Assembly: GCF_000020025.1 (NCBI RefSeq)
Contig: NC_010631.1
Span: 1 to 32,000, forward strand
Length of the DNA stretch: 32,000 nucleotides
Origin: Nostoc punctiforme PCC 73102
GTDB taxonomy: Bacteria; Cyanobacteriota; Cyanobacteriia; Cyanobacteriales; Nostocaceae
Direction of reading: 5' to 3'
Both the position numbers and the translations under genes were made by a program. Shown here piece by piece: positions 1-6,638 of the stretch (position 1 is the stretch's first letter; every line of letters begins with the position of its first letter). Under the pieces are notes generated by a model. The model was not told the origin of the DNA and did no database searches. It saw only the letters and a program-made list of their open reading frames with translations.

Positions 1-60
1 TTTCTTATATGTTACTTAGCTAATATATATTATATTAGAGGTGTAGTAACACATAAGAAA
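1..60. repeat. Inverted repeat TTTCTTATATGTTACT (1-16) / AGTAACACATAAGAAA (45-60), 15 of 16 complementary, with a very AT-rich 28-nt spacer. Possible operator or promoter element for the downstream + strand cluster.
   Basis: Read directly from the sequence. The left arm touches the window edge, so the element may be longer. Confidence 0.5.
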
Positions 61-67
61 CTAATTT

Positions 68-589
68 ATGCAAAAAGTCAAAGAAATTTTGCTGGCTCAA
101 GGCATCGAGTTCGATGAGGCAGATATTGTGTCTGCTGCATCAGCTATTGGAATGGAGCTTGATGGTTTAAATGATGCAGAGGCAAGTGCCATCGCTTTAA
201 AAGTTGTGGAGTTAAAGCAGGCATCTGGTTTAGCATTATCTCAAAAGGATATTGCAGCCAAATCAAGAAATGGCAACGGTAAATTAGGTAAAAATTCCCC
301 CCGCCGTAAATCTACTCCTCCATTGCAAGGAGCGATCGCTCACGCATCTCAGGTTTCAAACCAAGAAATTCAATCCTTGGAGGATGTTCTCAACGTTGGG
401 ATTGACGCTTACACAACTGATAAAGCCGACAAGTTGTTATCAACGATTCGCAATGCACCCAAGGACGTAGTGAGTAAGTTTGTCTCTAAAGCGATGGAGG
501 AAGAAGCTGACGTAGATTCCTTTCGTGCAATCGGTGACGAACTCGTTGCGGGTATTTTCGGCGCTCAGTTCACAAATGCGGCCGAATAA
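68..589 (+). CDS. Hypothetical protein, 173 aa
   Basis: First ORF of a co-directional cluster. It contains a HIP1 site (332-339). No motif recognised. Confidence 0.55.
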   Translation: MQKVKEILLAQGIEFDEADIVSAASAIGMELDGLNDAEASAIALKVVELKQASGLALSQKDIAAKSRNGNGKLGKNSPRRKSTPPLQGAIAHASQVSNQEIQSLEDVLNVGIDAYTTDKADKLLSTIRNAPKDVVSKFVSKAMEEEADVDSFRAIGDELVAGIFGAQFTNAAE

Positions 590-654
590 ATTCATCTTGA
601 TAGCAGCAGTACTGAATCTGCTGCTATTAACTCTCGTTTTAGGCGTGGCTATAT

Positions 655-1011
655 ATGGAGCAACAAGACCAGACCCATCGCAAAGCATTAAATATTCACC
701 TGAAGAAGGACGGCGAATTGAATCTGTCGGGGCTGACACTAGAAGACCTGACAACAGAAGAGTTCCTAGTCGTCCAGCAACTTATTGATGAGTCAAAGGT
801 GCGATCGCAATCTAATAGGCAGATTGAGGAATTGATGCAACGGGGAATGATGGCTCAAACTGCGATCGCAGCAATAACAGTATTGATGTTTTCGTTCATG
901 GGCATATATGGCATAACCCGATATATCGGCTCACAAGTTCAACAAGTTCAGCAGATTTATACACAGGAGTCAGGAGTCAGGAGTCAGAATTCAGGAGAAC
1001 TGAATAGGTAG
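655..1011 (+). CDS. Hypothetical small membrane protein, 118 aa, one predicted TM helix (MMAQTAIAAITVLMFSFMGIYGI)
   Basis: ORF with one hydrophobic helix and two HIP1 sites (801-808, 862-869). The last ~15 codons (QESGVRSQNSGELNR) are encoded by the heptamer repeat block starting at 964, so the native C-terminus is uncertain. Confidence 0.5.
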   Translation: MEQQDQTHRKALNIHLKKDGELNLSGLTLEDLTTEEFLVVQQLIDESKVRSQSNRQIEELMQRGMMAQTAIAAITVLMFSFMGIYGITRYIGSQVQQVQQIYTQESGVRSQNSGELNR

Positions 1012-1088
1012 AATTTAATGTTTTATAGCCTATTCATTTAGTACTACAATTCTTTATTCTGGCTCCTGACTTCTGACTTCTGGATTCT
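964..1088. repeat. Heptamer-repeat inverted pair without cargo. CAGGAGT x3 + CAGAATT + CAGGAG (964-997) faces the complementary units CTCCTGACTTCTGACTTCTGGATTCT (1063-1088) across a 65-nt spacer.
   Basis: Read directly. The arms are imperfectly complementary. The spacer holds a nested 7-bp inverted repeat, GAATAGG (1003-1009) / CCTATTC (1029-1035). Confidence 0.8.
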
Positions 1089-1116
1089 TTAATTAGTAGT
1101 TAACAAGGAGAAAGGA

Positions 1117-1557
1117 ATGTTAGGAAAATGGCTTCCTGGTTTATTTGGCGGGAAAGGTGATGGAGTAGTATCAACGGATTTAAGAGTCGGGGATGCAACA
1201 CAAATTGAGGGTAATTTACCTTCATCAATCCGCGATCGCTACACATTGCCAGCTTACACTACAGCACAGCAGGTTCTGGATGAGGCTGAGGTTGCTGGGA
1301 CTTTAAAAGCACAGAAGTGGCTACATACAAAGTTCTCCCGGCACAAGCTCAAACAGTTGCAATCTTTGGCAGAGATGTATAAAAACCAATTGGCATATTC
1401 CCAAGAAGCCATGAAGGTTGAGGAAGATTTGCAGCGAACTAGGGGATTACATGGGGAGGCAGTGATCCGTCATGCCTTTGGTTCCCAGGAACAACAACGT
1501 CAGTTGGGGGGCTACGAGAAAGCATTTGATGAAGTGGGAGATAGTTTCAGATTCTAA
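1117..1557 (+). CDS. Hypothetical protein, 146 aa
   Basis: ORF preceded by a strong Shine-Dalgarno sequence (AAGGAGAAAGGA then ATG). HIP1 at 1232-1239. The stop lies 1 nt before the heptamer block. Confidence 0.6.
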   Translation: MLGKWLPGLFGGKGDGVVSTDLRVGDATQIEGNLPSSIRDRYTLPAYTTAQQVLDEAEVAGTLKAQKWLHTKFSRHKLKQLQSLAEMYKNQLAYSQEAMKVEEDLQRTRGLHGEAVIRHAFGSQEQQRQLGGYEKAFDEVGDSFRF

Positions 1558-1558
1558 A

Positions 1559-1613
1559 TCAGGAGTCAGGAGTCAGGAGTCAGAATTCAGGAGTCAGAAT
1601 TCAGGAGTCAGAA
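1559..1613. repeat. Tandem heptamer array (units CAGGAGT and CAGAATT, about 8 units). Left arm of the cassette around the four-helix-bundle gene.
   Basis: Read directly. 1560-1586 is the exact reverse complement of 1962-1988 (27 nt). Confidence 0.9.
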
Positions 1614-1616
1614 TAA

Positions 1617-1982
1617 ATGAGACAAGCAGCAAAAACATTTCAAGATTTAATAGTTTGGCAGAAAGCACATCAATTTGTTTTGAACATATATAAGCTGACT
1701 GGTCAATTTCCTAAGTCAGAAATATTTGGGTTATCCTCACAATTTAGAGGTGCATCTGTTTCTATCGCCGCTAATATTGCTGAGGGATTTAAGAAAAAAG
1801 GGAGAGCAGATAAAGCAAGATTTATGAACACGGCACAGGGTTCTTTAGAAGAATGTAGATATTATTTAATCCTAGCTAGGGATTTAAATTACGGTGATAT
1901 GGCAAACGCAATTAACCAACTTGAAGAAGTTAGCAAATTACTCACAAGCTATGTTAATTCCATTCTGACTCCTGACTCCTGA
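1617..1982 (+). CDS. Four-helix-bundle protein, 23S rRNA intervening-sequence protein family (PF05635/TIGR02436, the family that includes DGR Avd)
   Basis: Family-typical motif run: FPKSEIFGLSSQFRGASVSIAANIAEGFKKKG...FMNTAQGSLEECRYYLILARDLNY. Length of 121 aa is typical for the family. Confidence 0.9.
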   Translation: MRQAAKTFQDLIVWQKAHQFVLNIYKLTGQFPKSEIFGLSSQFRGASVSIAANIAEGFKKKGRADKARFMNTAQGSLEECRYYLILARDLNYGDMANAINQLEEVSKLLTSYVNSILTPDS

Positions 1983-2001
1983 CTCCTGACTTCTGAATTC
2001 T
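1962..2001. repeat. Complementary heptamer array (units ACTCCTG / AATTCTG). Right arm of the cassette.
   Basis: Read directly. It overlaps the last six codons and the stop of the four-helix-bundle ORF and ends 4 nt before the next ATG. Confidence 0.9.
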
Positions 2002-2005
2002 AATT

Positions 2006-2293
2006 ATGCAAATCAAGCTCTTTCATATAGGATATGCAGTGTGCGGGGTTGGCTTTTCTATGTTTATGGGTTATTTATCGGTTGCCAGCCCCGTTAGTAA
2101 GTACATTCTTTGGTTTATCGGCATAATCTCTATCTGCTGCATATTTCTGGGGTTATTCAACTTTGGCGGTTTAGTCGTTAAAGGTTTTGGATTTAACCGC
2201 AAAACTTTTACCATCGGCTTGATGCCTGGAGTGATATTCCTGTTTGTTTTCTTGACTTTAGTTGCAGCCGGTGTTGCGTTGGGGGTGAGATAA
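2006..2293 (+). CDS. Small integral membrane protein, 95 aa, about 3 TM helices
   Basis: Three long hydrophobic stretches. The ORF is tightly packed between the repeat cassette and the next gene (4-nt gap). Confidence 0.55.
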   Translation: MQIKLFHIGYAVCGVGFSMFMGYLSVASPVSKYILWFIGIISICCIFLGLFNFGGLVVKGFGFNRKTFTIGLMPGVIFLFVFLTLVAAGVALGVR

Positions 2294-2297
2294 GTTT

Positions 2298-3839
2298 ATG
2301 CCATTTGAATTACAACGTCTAACTGCCAGTAGTGCCATTCATGCAGAACGGACTATCTTATGTAGTTTAGGAGCGAGTGCAGTGTTATGTCTGTCTGCTC
2401 CTTTTTTCTTAAATACTGACCGAATAACAACCGGGATGCTACTTGGTGCTGGAACGGTGAGTGCTGGCTTATTTGGAGTATCTGCCCAAATCAGTGAAAG
2501 CAAGCAAAAAGTTTATCGCTCTTTACAAGAAGCTGACCTGAAATCACTTAAGCAGCATTTGCAAGGCGAAGCTGTTTATGATTATGTCACCACTGCGATC
2601 GCAGCCAAACGCAGAGTTGCTGATTATGTGAATCGGCTACCAGTGCAAGAGCGCCCCCGGTGGATTGCTGAATATCAATTGCAAGGATTAGTTACACTCC
2701 CAGAACCACCAGCGCAACAATCACCTTCACCGACTGGTATTCCCAATCCCGATATTGCTGACATTGATGAAGAATTTGTGCAGTCCGTGATTAATCCGGG
2801 TGCAATGAAAATTCTGCAAGCGATCGCAGCTAATTATCCTGAGTACATCAGAATTGATGGTGCTTGGATTGATGAACTGTGTGATGCTGCATCTAATCAA
2901 AATATGACCCTTCGCAGCAATCACCATTTTTACCTTTCTGGTGGAACACAATCTGGCAAATCAACTTTAGCAGGAGTGATTATCAACAAAATTGCTGCAA
3001 AATCTCAAACACCAGCAATTGTCATCGGCAGCGATCCAAAGGATGATGTCACCAGATGGTTGTGCAAGTTCAGCCGTAAGTTTGACGGCATGAAAGCGTT
3101 AAGAGATTGGATTACCTTTGCCACAGACCAAATTGACAAGCAGAAAGCAAGAGTATCAATTGTTGGTGGTGAATGTCACGGTGTTCCCGAATTATTTCTT
3201 GCTCAGGATGAGGTGGACTCTGTATTTGGTGGTGGCAAGGGACTTCCAGGAATGGTTGATGCTGATACCGCCAAAGACTTGCAGGGTTTTTGGAACTATG
3301 TCATCAAATTCACTGCTGGGTTAAAGGGTCATGGTTTATTTATGGGCCAGTCCCCACTCTCTGGGGAAACCGGATTTAGCCGCCCGTCCTTGAAAAATGT
3401 TTGCTTTATTGCGATGGGGCAAACATCAAGTTATATCCTTGACCATCCCCAGGATTTTCTGAATGTCAAAAAAGAAATTCTTGAAATCTTGCGACAGGCT
3501 TGCGAAATGTTGGATAAAGCCGGAGTTCGATATGCCCTAGTAATTCCCACTCGATCTAATCCTTTTGTTGCTCTAATCCCGGAATTTGATATCAAAGGTC
3601 TGGAACAAAAACAAGATTCCAAACCGAATAGTGACACTGTTCATAGTTCTAAAAATAATCAGCAATCCTCGCAGCAGAAGACTGACTGGTATCAAGAAAT
3701 TAGAAAATGGGCAACGGAATTAGGAAGAAGACCGCATTTTCAGGAAATCAAACAAAAGTGGCACGAATTAACGGGGCAAGAGTTAAACGAAAAAGGGGTG
3801 ACTCTATTACTAGAAAATCTCGGCTACCCAGACAACTAA
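2298..3839 (+). CDS. Membrane-anchored P-loop NTPase, 513 aa. Two N-terminal TM helices, Walker A GGTQSGKST (2940-2966) and Walker B-like LFLAQDEVD (3189-3218). FtsK/HerA/type IV coupling-protein-like architecture; subfamily unresolved.
   Basis: Motifs read from the translation. N-terminal hydrophobic helices at about aa 20-38 and 46-64. Two HIP1 sites (2595-2602, 2820-2827). Confidence 0.65.
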   Translation: MPFELQRLTASSAIHAERTILCSLGASAVLCLSAPFFLNTDRITTGMLLGAGTVSAGLFGVSAQISESKQKVYRSLQEADLKSLKQHLQGEAVYDYVTTAIAAKRRVADYVNRLPVQERPRWIAEYQLQGLVTLPEPPAQQSPSPTGIPNPDIADIDEEFVQSVINPGAMKILQAIAANYPEYIRIDGAWIDELCDAASNQNMTLRSNHHFYLSGGTQSGKSTLAGVIINKIAAKSQTPAIVIGSDPKDDVTRWLCKFSRKFDGMKALRDWITFATDQIDKQKARVSIVGGECHGVPELFLAQDEVDSVFGGGKGLPGMVDADTAKDLQGFWNYVIKFTAGLKGHGLFMGQSPLSGETGFSRPSLKNVCFIAMGQTSSYILDHPQDFLNVKKEILEILRQACEMLDKAGVRYALVIPTRSNPFVALIPEFDIKGLEQKQDSKPNSDTVHSSKNNQQSSQQKTDWYQEIRKWATELGRRPHFQEIKQKWHELTGQELNEKGVTLLLENLGYPDN

Positions 3840-4156
3840 ATTGGAATGCTCGATATGGTAATCCCAAAGAGTATAGGAAACAAGTAGCAATCGCTCACAG
3901 AAAAACTCACAATTATTGTGTCGTTTGCTTGACTAAGAAAAGTGAAGAAATCCATCACGCTTACTACGGCAACGACATCATTGGTCAATCTACATTTCCT
4001 ACGTGCTACCGTTGTCATAATGAGATTTGTCATAGTCCAATCAACTGGATAAAAAGCCGTAGTAATCCTGTTTGGGGGAATCGCAATACTGACGAATTTA
4101 TTACCAGATTGAGGCTGGGATATCAGCTACTTTATGGAGGAATCAAACATTTTTAA
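3707..4156 (+). CDS. HNH-like zinc-finger protein (CVVC...EIHHAYYGND...CYRCHNEICH). Start uncertain: ATG 3707 or GTG 3758, both overlapping the upstream gene.
   Basis: The pattern CxxC..HH..N..CxxCH..H matches the HNH nuclease core. There is no in-frame ATG, GTG or TTG start after the upstream stop at 3839. Confidence 0.45.
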   Translation: MGNGIRKKTAFSGNQTKVARINGARVKRKRGDSITRKSRLPRQLNWNARYGNPKEYRKQVAIAHRKTHNYCVVCLTKKSEEIHHAYYGNDIIGQSTFPTCYRCHNEICHSPINWIKSRSNPVWGNRNTDEFITRLRLGYQLLYGGIKHF

Positions 4157-4221
4157 TTAGTTGAGCAGTGTCGTTAATTTTTCTAAAAATTAAGTTTTAA
4201 GCTAATTGGAGAAGAATTCTC

Positions 4222-4527
4222 ATGTATAACAGCGAATACGATGATTTGAGTTTTGAAGAACAATTGCAACTGTCAGAATCACTTATGATTAGGCGGCATA
4301 ATCAGCGGATGTTCTTGCGCCGAAATGCCCAACTTTTGCAACAAGAGTTAGAGTTGGAAGCTGAACTGCTAGAAGGCAATCCAGAGTTAGCCCAGGCGGT
4401 TCATGCTTTTAATTTGCAGGAGATTCAAGCGCAACAGCAAGGTTCATTTGGTGTTATGCAAGGGGATTCGACCCCTAAAAAGCAAAGTGTTTGGAGTAAA
4501 ATTTTTCCCGGATTGGGCAGGAGCTAA
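4222..4527 (+). CDS. Hypothetical protein, 101 aa, Q/E-rich and probably coiled-coil
   Basis: ORF with GGAG 9 nt upstream of the ATG. Last gene of the cluster. Confidence 0.5.
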   Translation: MYNSEYDDLSFEEQLQLSESLMIRRHNQRMFLRRNAQLLQQELELEAELLEGNPELAQAVHAFNLQEIQAQQQGSFGVMQGDSTPKKQSVWSKIFPGLGRS

Positions 4528-4650
4528 ATGCAACTTTTTTTAATTGGAGCAAAGCAACTTTGCGTGGGTTAAATCAATTTGCTTAGGCGTTGCTAATAAG
4601 ATTTTGAGGTAATCGTAGTTTCTTTTTAACCAAATCAGCTAGAACTAACC

Positions 4651-5923
4651 CTGAAGGGGGGACAAGCACCCGAAAGCCTTTGTGCTGTATTAAGTTGAGC
4701 GAATTATGGTAAAAAAAGATAGGTCAGTATTGTCAATAAGACCTATCTGTTGAAAATGTTACCTGAATTATACCAGAAGCATCTACAAAGTTTACTTTCA
4801 CAGTCCGAATTAATATTTCTGACGCTGGTGATTAACGTAGTACAAAATATCAAAGATGTGAAACTAGAGAAAATATCAGAGTCGCTACCATTATTCATTC
4901 AATGCCAGTCGAGACGGAAGAAGTTACAAAGGTTTCTATTATTACCAATATTGAATATAGAAGAATTATGGTTTCCCATAATTGAACGATGGTTAGCTCA
5001 AATTTTCCTGGGAAATCACCGAATCTATTTAGCAATTGATAGGACGAATTGGAAAAGAAAAAATCTACTAATGATTAGTGTAATTTTTCAAAAAAGAGCT
5101 ATACCGATATACTTTAAGCTTTTAGCAAAATTAGGTAGTAGTAACTTATCAGAACAAACTAAGGCATTAACAAAGATAATTCCCTTATTTAAAAACTATA
5201 AAACGGTAGTGTTAGGAGATAGAGAGTTTTGTTCAGTGAGCTTGGCGAAATGGCTTGATGAACAAGGGTTTGAGTTTTGTTTGAGACTCAAGAAAAATGA
5301 GAATATTGAGTTGAAAGCTCATTTATGGTGCGAAATAAAAGATTTAGGTTTAAAACCAGGAACATCTTTTTTTGTATCAGATGCAACGGTAACAAAAACT
5401 AAACAAGTGAAGGGATTTAATGTGGCTTGCAAATGGAAAAAGAATTACCGTCAAAACAAAGCCAAAGAAGGATGGTTTATTTTAACTAACATGAATAGTA
5501 AAATAACGGCGATTCAGGCATATCAAAAGCGCTTTGATATAGAAGAGATGTTTAGAGATTTTAAAAGTGGCGGTTACAATTTAGAGAAGACAAATGTGGA
5601 AGGTAAGCGGTTTATTGCTTTAGTTTTAATCATCTCATTAGCTGACACTATTGCTACATTACAAGGTCAGAATATTAAGAGTAAAGGAATTGCAAAATAT
5701 CTGGCACGTCCCAAAGAATATGGACGTTCTCACAGAAGGCATAGTAACTTTTATATCGGTCTTTATGCACAGAACTGGGTTAATTTCATTGGTGATTGTT
5801 GGAGTTTAGTTCAAGATTTAATGCGATTAAGTCGTCATAAACTAGAGAATTATTTATTTACAAGGGATGAGAGCTATGAAGCTTATACAGTCAGCTTTAT
5901 AGGCTTCATGTCGCCCCTTCAGA
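4651..5923 (+). mobile_element. IS4-family insertion sequence, about 1.27 kb
   Basis: Terminal inverted repeats CTGAAGGGGGGACA (4651-4664) and TGTCGCCCCTTCAG (5909-5922), 13 of 14 matching. Flanking direct repeat AACTAACC at 4643-4650 and 5924-5931, with 1 nt of uncertainty at the right junction. One DDE transposase gene inside. Confidence 0.7.
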
Positions 5924-6102
5924 AACTAACCTATACTGGCTGGCTGTGGTACATGAGTGATAGAAGTCGTCTTCATTGCTGTAAAATGTTCCGAGGCTTG
6001 AAGATGAGTTACTTCAAGAGAGCGAATCAACTCTCGAATGACATCAGTTGCTGGTCTACCTGTGATTGCACAGTAGCGTTCAAGTTTTTCGCTCTCAGTT
6101 GA
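4756..6102 (+). CDS. IS4-family DDE transposase
   Basis: Catalytic context LAIDRTNW, VLGDREF and the IS4 Y-(2)-R-(3)-E-(6)-K signature in YQKRFDIEEMFRDFK. The listed frame runs past the IS end (about 5923) into flanking DNA. A different frame gives ...YLQGMRAMKLIQSAL and stops at 5900-5902 inside the IS, so this copy may be frameshifted near 5850-5860. Confidence 0.8.
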   Translation: MLPELYQKHLQSLLSQSELIFLTLVINVVQNIKDVKLEKISESLPLFIQCQSRRKKLQRFLLLPILNIEELWFPIIERWLAQIFLGNHRIYLAIDRTNWKRKNLLMISVIFQKRAIPIYFKLLAKLGSSNLSEQTKALTKIIPLFKNYKTVVLGDREFCSVSLAKWLDEQGFEFCLRLKKNENIELKAHLWCEIKDLGLKPGTSFFVSDATVTKTKQVKGFNVACKWKKNYRQNKAKEGWFILTNMNSKITAIQAYQKRFDIEEMFRDFKSGGYNLEKTNVEGKRFIALVLIISLADTIATLQGQNIKSKGIAKYLARPKEYGRSHRRHSNFYIGLYAQNWVNFIGDCWSLVQDLMRLSRHKLENYLFTRDESYEAYTVSFIGFMSPLQKLTYTGWLWYMSDRSRLHCCKMFRGLKMSYFKRANQLSNDISCWSTCDCTVAFKFFALS

Positions 6103-6147
6103 TGTGAGATTTATCGTCATTCGTTTGACAGCCCATTTTTTGTTCAT
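5926..6147 (-). CDS. Ribbon-helix-helix (CopG/Arc-like) small DNA-binding protein, 73 aa
   Basis: RMTINLTSTESEKLERYCAITGRPATDVIRELIRSL fits the RHH strand-helix-helix pattern. Its stop codon lies inside the IS target duplication. Confidence 0.55.
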   Translation of the reverse strand: MNKKWAVKRMTINLTSTESEKLERYCAITGRPATDVIRELIRSLEVTHLQASEHFTAMKTTSITHVPQPASIG

Positions 6148-6638
6148 AACTTGTCCGTATTTTTTAATTTTTTAAAATTAGACTTACTTTGTAAGATGCA
6201 ATGGTTGATAAATAACAGTGTTAGCCAAATGTTAGCCACAGCATACTTGCCTTGCGGTAAGACTATTCTAGACATAAACTTGACAGGGTATTTACGTAAA
6301 AGCCAAAGCTTCACCAATAAATCACTTATATGAATTTCAGATTTAGATGAGGGCGATTGATCACCTGAAACTACATAGGCTCGCTACATTACTTCCAGTT
6401 AGTATGAAGCACAATTTTACCCATATCCCTTTTCTATCCTAGCTTTTGCGACTGTGAAGGACATAATCACTGTATACACAGTAGATTAAGACGCTAATCT
6501 TTTATCAGACCTGTTGAAGCTTTCTGGAAGAAACGATCTGACGGAAGCAAAAACTCAACTCCGGCTTTCTATTTCTTATTCACCGATGCTTCGTTTCATA
6601 TTAATTGATGAGAGTCGGCGGATATTTAGGGCTAAAAG

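Noticed and set aside
440-788. ORFs 440-754 (-) and 525-788 (+)
   Set aside because: They overlap two better-supported same-cluster ORFs, have odd composition and carry no motifs.
1472-1693. ORF 1472-1693 (+)
   Set aside because: It runs through the heptamer array (GVRSQESEFRSQNSGVR is a translation of the repeats) and overlaps two real genes.
1617-1982. Avd-like four-helix-bundle gene as a marker of a diversity-generating retroelement
   Set aside because: No reverse transcriptase ORF and no template/variable repeat pair are visible anywhere in the window. The flanking repeats are simple heptamer arrays.
1559-2001. Tandem repeats as a CRISPR array
   Set aside because: The repeat unit is only 7 nt, the units are contiguous with no spacers, and no cas genes are present.
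3707-3839. Programmed -1 frameshift fusing the P-loop NTPase to the HNH-like domain
   Set aside because: The overlap region has no canonical X-XXY-YYZ slippery heptamer in the ATPase frame (CGAAAAAGGGG does not fit). Independent initiation at ATG 3707 or GTG 3758 is simpler. It is kept only as a remote possibility.
2727-4033. Antisense ORFs inside the NTPase and HNH genes (2727-2951, 3431-3637, 3836-4033 on the minus strand; 3118-3324 out of frame on the plus strand)
   Set aside because: They are embedded in a motif-bearing CDS, are short and have no features.
5924-6102. C-terminal 60 aa of the listed 450-aa transposase ORF as genuine coding sequence
   Set aside because: This part lies outside the IS inverted repeat and is antisense to a well-formed RHH ORF. 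It is most likely read-through caused by loss of the native stop or frame.
6469-6482. Short palindromes ACTGTATACACAGT (6469-6482) and ACAGTGTGTACTGT (12736-12749) as LexA-type boxes
   Set aside because: The arms are only 5 bp. Neither fits the cyanobacterial LexA consensus RGTACNNNDGTWCB as I recall it, so they are compatible with chance.
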